Of a stretch of 64,000 nucleotides of DNA, positions 1 to 12,700 are shown one piece after another. The stretch spans positions 256,001-320,000 of the forward strand of contig CAWCIZ010000001.1 in assembly GCA_963795855.1 (NCBI GenBank). The letters run 5' to 3'. The stretch is from Vulcanimicrobiota bacterium. GTDB lineage: Bacteria > Vulcanimicrobiota > Vulcanimicrobiia > Vulcanimicrobiales > Vulcanimicrobiaceae. Position 1 is the stretch's first letter; every line of letters begins with the position of its first letter. A program made the position numbers and the translations under genes. The notes under the pieces are model-generated. The model saw only the letters and a list, made by a program, of their open reading frames with translations. It made no database searches and was not told where the DNA came from.

Positions 1-129
1 CGAGCGCGCACGCCATGAAGCCGAGCAAACATCGTTCCGGCGTATTCGTGCGAGGCAAACCAGTAGATGATCGCAGATCGCCGCCGCGAAAACAGCCGAG
101 GACAAGAACAGCCCGACGAACGTTTTCAC
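1..129 (-). CDS. ctaF: Cytochrome c oxidase subunit 4, actinobacterial CtaF type (N-terminal part; runs off window)
   Basis: Manual translation across indels gives [32 protein letters not shown], a hydrophobic helix plus EyAGT motif like CtaF. GTG start overlaps a TGA (GTGA) at the end of ctaD. Confidence 0.6.
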   Translation of the reverse strand, partial: MKTFVGLFLSSAVFAAAICDHLLVCLARIRRNDVCSASWRARS

Positions 130-1737
130 GGCTTCACATCGTTGTTTGGCAAACTCCGGATGCGTCATGTCCCAGACCGGGCGCTCCGAACGAATCGGCG
201 GAAGCGCATGAAAATTGAATTCCGGCGGCGGGCACGACGTCGCCCATTCCAGCGAAAACGCTCCGCCCCACGGATCGTCTGCGCAGCGGCTCCGCGCACT
301 TTCGATTCGATTTTCGAAATCACGACGTTCAGCAGGAACGCGATCACGGAGAGCGCCATGATCCCCGCGCCGACCGACGAGAGCGGCGTTGAGCCACGGC
401 AGATCGCCCATCGCGGGATAGGTGAAGACGCGGCGCGGCATGCCTTCGATGCCCATGAAGAACCACGGAATGAACGTCACGTTGAAGCCGATGAAGATCA
501 GCCAGAAGTTCGACTTTGCCGAGCGTCTCGTTCAGTTTGACGCCGAACATCTTCGGCAACCAAAAATACATCGCGGCGAACACGGCGAACAGCGCGCCGC
601 CGCCGAGCGTGTAGTGGAAGTGCGAGACGAGAAAATACGAATCTTCGACGTGATAGTCGATCGGCGGCGACGCGACCATCACGCCGGTGATTCCGCCGAT
701 GAGGAAATTGGAAAGAAATCCGATCGCGAAGAGCATCGGCGTCGTGAGACGCAGGTGCCCTTTCCACATCGTTCCGATCCAGTTCCAGTACTTCACGCCG
801 GTCGGGATCGCGATGAGAAACGACATGCCGGAAAAGAAGCCGTTCGCGACGACCCCGGTCGTGAACATGTGGTGCGCCCACACGCCCATCGAAAGACCCG
901 CGATCGCGAACGCCGAGAGCACCATGCCGACGTAACCGTAGAGCGGCTTCGGCGAGAAGACCGGCAACGATTTCGGAAATGACGCCAAAGTACGGCAAAA
1001 TCATCACGTAGACTTCCGGATGGCCGAAAAACCAGAAGAAATGCTGGTAGAGGACGACGTTGCCGCCGTACTGCGGATCGAAGAAATGCGCGCCGTAGTG
1101 CCGCTCGAGCAGCAGCTCGGCCATCGACGACGCTCAGCGACGGGAACGCCATGAGGATCAGCAGCGCGGTCGCAAGTATCTCCCACGTGAAGATGGGCAT
1201 GCGCCACATCGTCATGCCGGGCGCGCGATAGAGAAAGATCGTCGCCGTGAAGTTGATCGCGACCATGATCGTCGCGATGGCGTTGAGCATGATGCCGATG
1301 CACCACAGGTCCTGCCCGCCGCCGCTGCCGACGATCATGGTCGATAGCGGCGCGTACGCCGTCCAACCCGCCATCGCGCCGCCGCCTTGCGCGAAGACGC
1401 CGGCGAAAATGGTGAAGCCGCTGATCATGAACAGATACACGCCGAACGCGTTCAGGCGCGGATACGCCATGTCGGGCGCGCCGATTTGCAGCGGCACCAA
1501 ATAGTTGCCGAGACCGAAGGCGAACGGCGCGATGACCAAAAAGATCATCGCCGTTCCGTGGAGCGTGAAAATCTGGTTGTAGGCGTGCGCGCTGAAACGA
1601 TGTTTTGATCGGGCTGCGCGAGTTGCAGGCGGATGACCAGCGAGAGGATTCCCGCGATGATGAAAAACAGAAACGCTCGTCATCATGTACATGATGCCGA
1701 TCGACTTATGATTGGTCGACGTGAGCCAATGCGTCAT
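126..1737 (-). CDS. ctaD: Cytochrome c oxidase subunit I, A-type (split by several indels)
   Basis: [46 protein letters not shown] and [12 protein letters not shown] are spread over ORFs 793-1845, 498-1124, 344-988 and unlisted frames. Confidence 0.95.
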
Positions 1738-2389
1738 AGGGATGCGCGCCCTCCGCGCGGCTAGCCAGCGATCGAAATCGCCGCCGGAACGACTTCGACG
1801 GTGAACGTCATCAGCGCGTGATCCAGGCCGCAATATTCCGCGCACACGCCGTGAAAGAGTCCCGTCTGCGTCGGCGTCACGTCGAAGTGATTGGTGATTC
1901 CGGGATTCGCGTCGCGTTTGAAGAGAAAACTCGGGATCCAGAACGAGTGCACGACGTCGTTCGAGTAGAGATTAATTTGCGTCATCTTCCCGAGCGGCAG
2001 CACCAACGTCGGCGGCTCGTGCACGTTGCCGTTCGACCGTCGATGTGGCCGGCGTAGCGGAACTGCCAGGACCAGCGATAGCCCGTCACGTCGACCGTCG
2101 CATACGGGTTCGGTTTGAGGAAATCCACGACGCCTTCGCGGACGTAGGTGATATAGAAAAGCCCGATCACGATGATGAACGGAATGACGACGCCCGTGAT
2201 CTCGATCGGCGGATTTTTCATGAACTGCGGCGGAAGCCCGGTGTCCGTTGGCCGAGCGCGCCAGCTCAACACCGAATAGACGATCAGCCCGTACACGAAA
2301 ACCGCGACGAACAACGCCGCGCCGCCAAAGATATACCAGACGCCTGCGAGGTCCTGCGCCTGTACCGACGCGGGATGCATGATGGGCAT
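1734..2389 (-). CDS. ctaC: Cytochrome c oxidase subunit II (frameshifted)
   Basis: Two TM helices, GYRWSWQF, DVVHSFWIP and CuA motif CAEYCGLDHALM (ORFs 1982-2410, 1761-2024). Confidence 0.93.
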
Positions 2390-2402
2390 GTCGCGAGCTA
2401 CC

Positions 2403-2443
2403 TTACCCACGCAGGTCCGATAAAAAACTAAGTCATCGGGTAC
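2403..2443. promoter_or_regulatory. Divergent SigB/SigF-like promoter pair
   Basis: Minus strand GTTT-N16-GGGTAA (2428-2403), 13 nt before the ctaC ATG. Plus strand GGGTAC (2438-2443), 10 nt before the ctaE GTG. Confidence 0.55.
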
Positions 2444-2453
2444 AAAAATTCTC

Positions 2454-3024
2454 GTGACTCGACATCAGCCGCCGATGCCCATTCGCGCGCATCCGGTCGT
2501 GCTCGGAACGATTATCTTCATCGCATCGGAAACGATGTTTTTCTCGGCGCTCTTTGCCACGTACTACGACCTGAAGAGCACCAGCGCGGTCTGGCCGCCG
2601 CCCTACGTCCATCTCGACGAGTTGAGCCCCGCCTTCGGAACGTTTTTTCTCGCTCGCCAGCAGTCTGATGATGTTTCCGATGATGCGCGCGCTGCGGCGC
2701 CGGAACATGAAGGCGGCATACGGCTGGTTGTATGGTGGGATTATCGGCGGGATCGGCTACATCGGGTCGGCGCTGCACGGATACTCCCGCCAGGGCTTCA
2801 ATATGCACACCAGCGCGTACGCCTCGATCTATCTCACGATGACGGGCTTTCATTTACTGCACGTCGTCGCCGGCGTCATCATGCTGCTCGGGCTGTACTA
2901 CGGCCTCCAGTCGCCCGCGCTGCGCGTCGACAAGCACGGCGCCGCCGAGGCGATAACGTACTACTGGCATTTCGTGACGTTCATGTGGTTCGGAATTTAC
3001 ACGACGGTGTACTGGATTCGATGA
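2454..3024 (+). CDS. ctaE: Cytochrome c oxidase subunit III (frameshifted near 2655)
   Basis: GTIIFIASETMFFSALFATY, MTGFHLLHV, YYWHFV. Confidence 0.93.
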
Positions 3025-3837
3025 AATTTCCGTTCGCGATCGGGCCATTGCCGCGTCACTGCGCTTTCGATTTCGGGCAGCGTCGCGTTCATGATCGCCT
3101 TCGCGAAACAAATGAGCACGCAAGTGGAAGGCGGCGCGCTCGCGTGCGCGTTCGCGGGCTTCATGCTCGCTGCGCTGGGCTGGTCGCGCTGGGTGATTCC
3201 GCACGAACAGGTCGTCGATCTGCGCGACACGTATCCGCAGCCGCTCGAGGAACGCGCGGGCATGGTCGACTGGTGGGAGCACGGCTCGGCGGAAGTGACG
3301 CGACGCAAGTGGCTCACGCGTATGCTCTACACGGCGCTCGGCGTTTTCGGCATCGCCGCGCTCTTCCCGGTAGGTTCGCTCGGTCCGGAACCGGACGACG
3401 CGCTCTTTCATACGCGCTGGAAACGCGGCGTGCGTCTGCAGCGCTCGGACGGCGCGCTCGTGCGCGGCGGCGATCTGAACGATGAAGCGGTGGTTACGGT
3501 TTTTCCGGAAGGAAGCATCGGTGATTCGCAGTCTATGACGGTGCTCATCAAGCTTCCGGACGGTTTGGTGCAGAACGCGCCGCAAGGGTACATCGCGTAT
3601 TCGAAGATGTGCACGCACGCCGGCTGCCCGGTGGCGCTGTACCGTTCGGCGGATCATCGCCTGGTCTGCCCCTGCCATCAGTCGGCGTTCGACGTGACGA
3701 ACGACGCAAGCGTGGTGTCGGGCCCTGCGGATCATGCGCTGCCGCGCTTGCCGATCGAGATCGCGTCCGACGGCTACCTGCGCGCACTGGGAGATTTCCC
3801 GTCCCCGGTCGGGCCGGGGTTCTGGGAGCATTCGTGA
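3021..3837 (+). CDS. qcrA: Rieske iron-sulfur subunit of cytochrome bcc complex
   Basis: CTHAGC and CPCHQS boxes, internal twin-arginine TRRKWL, extra N-terminal TM helices, C-terminal GPGFWE. Confidence 0.93.
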
Positions 3838-5198
3838 TCGCGCGGCTGATGCTGTGGGCCGACGACCGGTTCGGAACCGGCGCGTTTTTGCATCACGCGC
3901 TCAAGAAAGCGTTTCCGGACCATTGGTCGTTCATGCTCGGCGAGATCAACATGTACGCGTTTCTGATCTTGCTTGCGACCGGAACGTTTCTGGCCCTGTG
4001 GTTCGTCCCCGCGCACACTGAAGTCGCCTACGCCGGTCCGTACGAGCTGCTTCGCGGCGAACGAATGAGTCAGGCGTACGATTCCGTGCTGCACATCTGC
4101 TTCATGGTGAACGCCGGCTTACTGATACGGCAGATCCATCACTGGGCCGCCGATATTTTCATTGCGGGCATCGTCGTGCACATGGGACGCATTTTCTTCA
4201 CGGGCGCGTTCCGCAATCCGCGCGAACTGAACTGGGTCATCGGCGTGCTGCTGCTCTTCGCCGGTATGTTCGAAGGTTTTACCGGCTATTCGATGCCCGA
4301 CGATTTGCTCAGCGGCATGGGGCTCCGAATTGCGGTTTCCATCTTACAGTCGGTCCCATTGATCGGTACGTGGGCGACGTTCTTCCTCATCGGCGGCGTT
4401 TGGCCGACGCAAATTCTCATTCCACGCCTGTTCATCACGCACGTGTTCATCATGCCCGCCCTCATCACGCTCGGCATCACGGTGCATCTGATGATCCTCT
4501 GGCGGCAGAAGCATACGCAGTTTCCCGGGCCGCGACGCACCGAAGAAAACGTCGTCGGCGCACCGCTCTTTCCGCTCTACACGTTCAAGTCGCTCGCGCT
4601 GCAGTTCGGCGTGATCGCCGTATGCGTGATGCTCGGCGCGTTCGTGCAAATCAATCCGGTTTGGCTGTGGGGCCCGTATCAGACGTGGAAGGCGATTTCC
4701 CCCGCGCAGCCGGACTGGTACATCGGCTGGCTCGAGGGCGCGCTGCGCATCGGCCCGCGGTGGGCGATTCATTTTCCGGGTCACATGATTCCCTCGCCGT
4801 TCTGGCCGGGCTTTCTGCTGCCGCTGGTCATCATGTTCGGGCTGCTGACCTATCCGTGGGTGGAGCGGCTGCTGACCGGCGACGCGCGCGCGCATCATCT
4901 GCTGAACCGCCCGCGCGAGATGCCGGTGCGCACGGGGGCCGGCGTCGCGTTTTTCGTTTTCATGGTGGGATTGTTCTTGGCGGGCAGCGACGACGTGCAG
5001 GCCGCTTACACGCACTTGCCGCTGAACGATCTCGTCTGGTTTTACCGGTTCTTTTGCTTGCTCGGTCCCGCGTGCGCGTTTTGGATCACGTATATGATCG
5101 CGGCGGATCTGCGCAAGAAGGGCGGCACGCATCGCGCGGAACGCGTGCGCATCCGGCGTAAACCCGAGGGCGGTTACGACGAGGAGCCGGTGGCGTGA
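3834..5198 (+). CDS. qcrB: Cytochrome b subunit of bcc complex
   Basis: FPDHWSFMLGEI, RQIHHWAA, HMGRIFFTGAFRNPRELNW, QPDWY (actinobacterial PDWY Qo motif). Confidence 0.96.
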   Translation: MIARLMLWADDRFGTGAFLHHALKKAFPDHWSFMLGEINMYAFLILLATGTFLALWFVPAHTEVAYAGPYELLRGERMSQAYDSVLHICFMVNAGLLIRQIHHWAADIFIAGIVVHMGRIFFTGAFRNPRELNWVIGVLLLFAGMFEGFTGYSMPDDLLSGMGLRIAVSILQSVPLIGTWATFFLIGGVWPTQILIPRLFITHVFIMPALITLGITVHLMILWRQKHTQFPGPRRTEENVVGAPLFPLYTFKSLALQFGVIAVCVMLGAFVQINPVWLWGPYQTWKAISPAQPDWYIGWLEGALRIGPRWAIHFPGHMIPSPFWPGFLLPLVIMFGLLTYPWVERLLTGDARAHHLLNRPREMPVRTGAGVAFFVFMVGLFLAGSDDVQAAYTHLPLNDLVWFYRFFCLLGPACAFWITYMIAADLRKKGGTHRAERVRIRRKPEGGYDEEPVA

Positions 5199-6001
5199 TT
5201 GCGGCGCTTTTGGCAGCGGCGTGCATTGCGGCGTATCTCTACGCCGTCGGGCTGTATAACTCGCGTTTTCCCGATCGCGCGTATTCGGCATGGCGTATCG
5301 CGGCGTTCACATGCGGCGTCGCGCTGATGACTGCTATGCTTCTGCCGCCGATCGAACCGCTCGCCGATCGATTTTTCGCTTGGCACATGACGCAGCACGT
5401 CGTGCTGATGCTCATCGGTCCGCCGCTGCATTTTGCTCGGCGCACCGCTGCTGCTTCTGGTTGCGGTCCCGCCGCCGACGAATCGCGCGGCGCTTCACCG
5501 CGTTCGCGCAAGGCGGCGTGGGCACGCGCGTGTTCGCGCCGTTGACCGGATGGGTCGCGTTCGTCGGCGTGCTGTGGATGTCGCATTTCTCGCCGCTCTA
5601 CGAGGCGGCGCTTGGTCATCCGGCGGTACACGTCCTCGAGCATCGGCGCGTACGTCGTGGCGGCGCATGCTGTTTTGGGCATCGGTCGTGCAAGTCGGCT
5701 ACACGCCCCGTCCGGTGGCATATCCGGCGCGCATGCTGTATTTGTTTCTCGCGATTCCGCAGGGCGCGTTTTTAGGTTTAGCGCTCTACGCGGCGCGTTC
5801 GGTGCTGTATCCGCATTATCTGCACGGCCGAACGGAATTGCCGTCGCACTCGCCGATCAGCAAAACGGCGGCGCCGTGATGTGGATCGCCGGCGGCTTGC
5901 TGATCTTCATCGCGTTCATGTGCACCGCTGCCGCGTGGGCCGCTGCCGAATGGACCGCGCCTTCGGCGAGTTCGGGTGAACGCGCGCATGATTGCGACTG
6001 A
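5195..6001 (+). CDS. ctaG: Cytochrome c oxidase assembly factor, caa3-CtaG family (frameshifted)
   Basis: FAWHMTQHVVLMLIGPPL, HVLEH, DQQNGGAVMWIAG. Confidence 0.85.
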
Positions 6002-6776
6002 TTGCGGCGATTCTGCTCATGCAGACGTCGAACGTTCCGTCGAGCGGAAACGTGCTGGCCACGCCGCAACCGCAGCAGTCGTTGGACCCGATGTACGTCG
6101 CTGCATCGCTAACGCCGCGCGATTTGCGCGAAGGAGAACGGCTGTTCAATACGCATTGCACGTCTTGTCACGGAATGCACTTGCAGGGAACCGCTCAAGG
6201 CCCTCCGCTGATGGGCATCGACATGCAAAACGTCGATTTCGAAGTTCGCACCGGCCGCATGCCCGCGCCAGTTCCGTTCGAACAAGAAACGCACAAGATT
6301 CCGTATTTCCCGCCGCAGCAAGTCCGCGACATCGTCTCGTACGTCATGTCGAAATCCGCCGGCAACAAAGTGCTGCCGACGGTGACGCTGCGAAGCGATG
6401 CGAGCAATTGCAGCAGCGGCCGTCGAGGTATACGAGGCCAATTGCGAGCAGTGTCACGACGGCGACGGGGCACGGCGATGGCGTGGGTTACGCCAACGTC
6501 GCGCCGTCGCTGATGGATGCGACGCCGCAAGATCTCGCGGATGCGGTGCGCTACGGCCCCGACGTCATGCCGAAGTTCGGCCCGAGCGTGATCGACCAGG
6601 CGCATCTGGACGACCTCGCGTCGTACGTCTGGTATCTCCAGCACGCGAAATACAATCCCGGCGGCATGCAGCTCGCCAATTGGGGGCCGGTGTCCGAAGG
6701 CTTCATGGCTTGGACCTTCGGGATGGGACTTCTCGTGCTGCTCGCGCCGCATCGGAAGCGGCGAATAGCGCCGTAA
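5976..6776 (+). CDS. qcrC: Diheme cytochrome cc subunit of bcc complex (frameshifted)
   Basis: Two CxxCH motifs (CTSCH, CEQCH), FEVRTGRMP, GPVSEG followed by a C-terminal TM helix. Confidence 0.9.
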   Translation: MNARMIATDCGDSAHADVERSVERKRAGHAATAAVVGPDVRRCIANAARFARRRTAVQYALHVLSRNALAGNRSRPSADGHRHAKRRFRSSHRPHARASSVRTRNAQDSVFPAAASPRHRLVRHVEIRRQQSAADGDAAKRCEQLQQRPSRYTRPIASSVTTATGHGDGVGYANVAPSLMDATPQDLADAVRYGPDVMPKFGPSVIDQAHLDDLASYVWYLQHAKYNPGGMQLANWGPVSEGFMAWTFGMGLLVLLAPHRKRRIAP

Positions 6777-6792
6777 TTGACTCCGGTCAATC

Positions 6793-6845
6793 GTCTGCGC
6801 GGAGGGCGCCCGGGTAGATCATCTGTGTGACTAATTACACACAGA
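6793..6845 (+). promoter_or_regulatory. SigB/SigF-like promoter plus palindrome with CRP/FNR-like box
   Basis: GTCT-N15-GGGTAG (6793-6817). Inverted repeat TCTGTGTG-N8-CACACAGA (6822-6845) contains TGTGA-N6-ACACA. Confidence 0.45.
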
Positions 6846-6852
6846 GGCAGAG

Positions 6853-8638
6853 ATGAGCATGACGGCAAGCAGCTTCTTGCTGCAACGGTTAATGGAATGG
6901 GGCGTTACGCGGATTTACGGCTATCCCGGAGACGGAATCAACGGCTTGCTCGCTGCGCTCGAGAAATTCTCCGACAAGCTCGAATTCATCCAGGTGCGGC
7001 ACGAGGAAATGGCGGCGTTCATGGCGTGCGCGCACGCGAAATTCACGGGCGAGGTCGGCGTGTGCATGGGGACCTCCGGGCCCGGAGCGATTCACCTGCT
7101 CAACGGCTTGTACGACGCCAAGATGGATCACGTGCCGGTCGTCGCGATCGTCGGTCAAGCGGCGACGATGGCGCTCGGCGGATCGTATCAGCAGGAAGTC
7201 GATCTGCAAACGCTATTCAAGGACGTCAGCGAATACAACGCGACGATAGCCAGCCCGACGGCGACGCGCCATATCGTCGACCGCGCGTTTCGCGTCGCGA
7301 TGGGGCTTGAACGGCGTCGCGACCGTGATTTTTCCGAAAGACTGCAGGAAGAAGACTACGCCGAACCGCCGCGCAAGCACAACACCCTGCACAGCGGCGT
7401 CGGCTACTCCGCGCCGATGGTGATCCCGCGCTTGCGCGATTTGCAGCGCGCCGCCGAAGTGCTCAACAATGCGACGAAGGTCGCGATGCTCGTCGGCGCC
7501 GGCGCGAAGAATGCGAGCGACGAAGTCATCGCGATCGCGGATAAATTGCAGGCGTGCTGCGCGAAGGCGCTGCTGGGCAAGGACGTGCTGCCGGACGATC
7601 TTCCATGGGTGACGGGGACGATCGGTTTGCTCGGCACGCGCCCGAGCAGCGACATCATGAACGAGTGCGACGCGCTGCTGATGGTCGGCACGAACTTTCC
7701 CTACTGCGGAATTTCTGCCGAAAGACGGTTCGGTGCCGGCCGTGCAGATCGACATCGATCCGCGTTACATCGGTTTGCGTTATCCGACGAACGTGAATCT
7801 CATCGGCGACGCCGCGGACACGCTTGCAGGCGCTGCTGCCGCATCTGCATCAGAAAGACGACTCCTCGTGGCGCGAGAGCATCCGCAAGAACAAAGAAGA
7901 GTGGTACGCCATCGAAGACGACCGCGCGCAGCAGAGCGCCGACCCGCTCAATCCGCAACTGCTCTTCTGCGCGCTCAACAAGGTGCTGCCGTCGAACGCG
8001 ATCGTCACCGGCGATGCGGGCACGCCGACGAACTGGATGGCGCGTCATCTCATGGTGCGCCGCGGCATGAAGATGTCGCTCTCCGGCAACCTGGCGACGA
8101 TGGGATCGCGCCGTTCCCTACGCGATCGCCGCGAAATTCGCGTTTCCCGGATCGCTGCGTCATCTCGCTTCCGGGCGACGGCGCGATGCAGATGAACGGC
8201 ATCAACGAGCTGATCACCGTTCACAAATACTGGAAGAACTGGAGCGATCCGCGGCTCATCTTCTTCGTGCTCAACAATCAGGATCTCAACCAAGTGACGT
8301 GGGAGGAGCGCATCCTCTCCGGCTCGCCGCGCAACATGCAGACGCAGCCGCTGCCCGATTTCCCGTACGCGCGGTTCGGTGAATCGCTGGGCTTCAAAGG
8401 CATTCGCGTGAAGTCGCCCGATGAAGTGGAAAGCGCGTGGGAAGAGGCGCTCAATGCCGATCGGCCGGTGGTCTTCGAAGCAATCGTCGACGGCAACGTC
8501 GCGACGCTTGCCGCCGCACATCTCGCGCGAGCAAGCGCATCCACTTCCTGAAGATCGATTCGAAAAGGCGATCCGGACGAAGGCGGCATGATCAAGCAGT
8601 CCATCAAGCAGATGATCGCGGGCGTGATTCCCAAGTAA
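6853..8638 (+). CDS. Thiamine pyrophosphate-requiring enzyme, pyruvate oxidase/PoxB-like (frameshifted)
   Basis: YGYPGDGING, RHEEMAAFMA, GTSGPGAIHLLNGLYDA, GDGAMQM...LNN TPP motif. Confidence 0.9.
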
Positions 8639-9771
8639 TGCACGGACAGCACGCGAACGACGCGCGTCGAATGCGAGCATCGAGTCGCTCGAAGCGAGCG
8701 CCTACAAAGTGCCGACGGAGGAGCCCGAAGAATCGGACGGCACGCTCGAAGTGGAGTTCGACGACGCATGGTGCTCGTCGAACTCCGCGGCGGCGGCCAA
8801 ACGGGCATCGGCTACACGTATGCAGACGCGTCGGCATGCGCGACGCTCGATCAACGGCATGCTCAAGGAGGTGCTGCTGCAGCAGGACGCACTCCAAACG
8901 CCCGCGCGCTACGCCGACATGATCGCGAAGATTCGCAACAACGGGCGTGAGGGCATCACGGCGATGGCGGTCTCGGCGGTCGACATAGCGCTTTGGGACT
9001 TCAAGGGAAAGCTGCTCGGCAAGCACCGTCAGTGCGCTTGTGGGGAGCGGCGCGAAAGCGGTCCGGTGTACGGCAGCGGCGGATTCACCTCGTATTCGGC
9101 GAGCGCACGTTTGACCGAGCAACTCGGGGGCTGGGTGCACGACATGCGCATTCCGCGCGTGAAGATGAAGGTCGGGCGCGACCCGCACGCGGATCCGAAG
9201 CGCGTTGCCTGCCGCGCGTAAAGCGATCGGCTTCGGCGGCGGAACTCTTCGTCGATGCAAACGGCGCGATACACGAAAAAGCAAGCGCTCGAAATGGCGC
9301 ACCGCTTCGCCGAACAGAGCGTCTGCTGGTATCGAGGAACCCGTCTACCACAACGATTTGGAAGGGAACCGCTTCGTGCGCGACGCATGCGCCGGCCGTC
9401 ATGGAGATAAGCAACGGCGAATACGGCTACGCGCCGTATCACGATTCGAGCAGATCATCGCCGCTGGCGCCGCGGACGTGCTGCAGGCCGACGTAACGCG
9501 CTGCGGCGGCTACAGCGGCTTTCTCGCCGTCGACGCGCTCTGCGAGGCGCACGATCTGCCGCTTTCGAGCCACTGCGCGCCGTACGTGACGGTGCCTGTA
9601 GCGGCTGCCGCGAAAATGCTGCGGCACATCGAATACTTTCACGATCACGTGCGCATCGAGAACGCTGTTCTTCGACGGAACGCCGGACCCGAAGGACGGA
9701 GCCTGCGTCCCGAGCTCGAGCGGCCCGGCATCGGTTTGGAATTCAAGACGAGCGGACGCGGAGAGATATGA
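8638..9771 (+). CDS. Mandelate racemase/muconate lactonizing enzyme (enolase superfamily) protein (frameshifted)
   Basis: SAVDIALWD, KMKVG, FVDANG, EEP, NGEYGY, LQADVTRCGG, HIEYFHDH. Confidence 0.88.
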
Positions 9772-12700
9772 GTTTGATAAACGAATCATCGGAACAGTCG
9801 ATCAACGAATACGTCCGGCGCGACGCCGACGCGCAAGCGGCCGAAACCGACGCAGCGGACCGATGCGACGAACGCAAAGGATCTGCAGCTCGATCATACA
9901 GCGGCCTCGAGCGCGACCTTCGCGAACTCGTGCGCGGCGAAGTGCACTTCGAGGACGGCTATCGCGCGATGTACTCGACCGATGCGGCCAACTACCGGCA
10001 GATACCCAATCGCGGTCGTGCTGCCGAAAGACGCGGACGACGCGCAAAAGGCGATGACGGTTTGCCACAAGTACGGCGCGCCCGTCACACCGCGCGGCGG
10101 TGGAACGAGTTTGACCGGCGCGAGTTGCAACGCGGCGGTCATCTTCGACTACAGCAAGTACATGAACCGCATCATCGAGACTCGATCCGCAAAACAAGAT
10201 CGCGGTCGTCGAGCCGGGCGTCGTGCTCGACGACGTTCGGCACGCGGCGGAAAAGTACCAGCTCACGGTCGGGCCCGCGCCTTCGACGCACAACCGCTGC
10301 AACATCGGCGGGATGTTCGGAAACAACTCGTGCGGCATGCCCGCGCAATTTTCCGGACGATTGGAAGAGAACGTCTTCGACGCCGAGGTGCTGCTGCACG
10401 ACGGCACGCGCATGCGCGTCGGTGCGACCAGCCCGCCGAACTCGAAGAGATCATCCGAGCAAGGCGGGCGCAAGGGCGAGATCTACGCGAAACTCAAAGC
10501 GATCCGCGACAAGTACGCAAGGGCTCGTTCGCGAGCGGTTCCCCGACATTCCGCGACGCGTTTCCGGTTACAATCTGCAACCAGCTCGGCGCGCCGAAAA
10601 CGGCTTCAACGTCGCGCGCGCGCTCATCGGCAGCGAAGGCACGATCGTGCACGTGCTCGAGGTCACCCTTCGCCTCGTGCCCAAGCCGAAATACGACGCG
10701 ATGGCGATCGTCGGATTCGACGACATCGCGCCGGCCGGCGATCACGTCGCGTTCTGCAACACGCACATGCCGCACGCGCTCGAAGGCATGGACGAGACGC
10801 TGTTTCAGAACATGCACGAGAAGGGCAAGAACCCGCACCAGCAAGAGGATCTGTTCCCGAACGGGCACGCCTGGCTCATCTGCACGTTCGGCGGCGAAAC
10901 AAAAGACGAAGCGGAGCGCAAAGCGCAAGCGCTCATCGACGACATTCGCACGCATAGCACCAAAGTCAAGGGCGCCGAAGCCACCGCGGATCCGCAGCAT
11001 TCGATCGAAGAGATCGTCAAAATTCGCGAAGCCGGCTTGGGCGTCAACTTCAAAGATTCCGAATCAGCCGGAATTCTATCCGGGATGGGAAGATTCGGCG
11101 GTCGCTCCGGAATATCTCGGCAACGTACCTGCGCGAATTCCAGCAAAAGATGAAGCAGTACGGACTACTTCGCGTCGATCTACGGGCATTTCGGTCAAGG
11201 CTGCGTGCATTGCCGGATCAACTTCGATCTCTTCACCACCGAAGGCATCGAGAAGTACCGCAAATTCGTGCACGAGATGGCATGGATCTGCGTAAAATAC
11301 AAGGGTTCGGTCTCGGGAGAACACGGCGACGGTCAGATACGCGCGGAACTGCTGCCGATCATGTTCGGCGACCAGTTGATGCATGCGTTCTGGGAGTTCA
11401 AGACCGCATTCGATCCCGAGAACAAGATGAATCCCGGAAAGGTCGTGCGGCCCTATCGCATCGACGAAAACCTGCGCTGGGGCGTGAACTACCAGCCGTG
11501 GGATCCGCAAATCAAATTCACGCTGAAAGAAGATCATCACAGCTTCGCTTATGCGGCGAACCGCTGCGTCGGCGCGGGCGTGTGCCGAAAGCACGACAAA
11601 GGGACGATGTGCCCCAGCTACATGGCATCCAAAGAGGAGCGCTATTCCACCCGCGGGCGCGCGCGTCTGCTGTTCGAAATGCTTCAGGGCAATCCGATGA
11701 AGCACGGCTGGAAGAGCGAAGCGGTCAAGGAATCACTGGACTATTGTCTGGCATGCAAAGGCTGCAAGCACGAGTGCCCGGTGAACGTCGACATGGCGAC
11801 GTACAAAGCCGAGTTTTTGTACCATTATTTTCAAGGCAAACTTCGCCCCATCCAGATGTGCCTGTTCGGCTACATGTTCAAGTGGGCGAAACTCGCCGCA
11901 CTCATGCCCGGCGTAGCCAACTTTTTTACGCAGGCGCCGCCGTTCAGCACGTTTTTCAAGCGGATCGCCAACGTCGCTCCCGAGCGGCACATTCCGATGT
12001 TCGCCGAGTATACGTTCCGCGACTGGTTCCGCAAGCGCACGCCGCGCAACGAAGGAAAAGAGCGCGTGCTGTTGTGGACCGATACGTGGAACAATCATTT
12101 CCACCCGCAGACTGCGCAGGCAGCGGTCGAAGTGCTCGAAGACGCGGGATATCACGTCCTCATTCCACCGCAGTCAAATTTGCTGCGGACGGCCGCTGTA
12201 CGACTACGGATTGCTGGATTCCGCGGAAAAGCAACTGCACGGCATCCTCGCGGATCTGCGTCCGCTGATTCGCGAAGGCGTTCCGCTGGTCGGCCTGGAG
12301 CCCTCGTGTCTTTCCGTGTTCAAAGACGAGATGCAGAATATGCTCGGCGACGACATGGACGCGAACCGGTTGGCGCAGCAGTCGTTCACGCTGGAAACGT
12401 TCTTGAACAAAAAGGCGGAGAAAGACGAGGGCTACAAGCCGCCTAAACTCGAGCGGCGCGCGATCGTTCACGAGCACTGCCACAAGAAGTCGGTGCTCGA
12501 TCCGACCTCGGAAAAACACGTGTTCGGCCAAATGCACATGGATTTCGATCAACTGGAGAGCGGATGCTGCGGTATGGCCGGCGCCTTCGGCTTCGAGAAG
12601 AGCCACTACGAGATGTCTATCGCATGCGGCGAGCGCGTTCTGCTGCCCAAGGTACGCGATGCGAACCCGCAGACGATCGTGGTCGCCGACGGCTTCAGTT

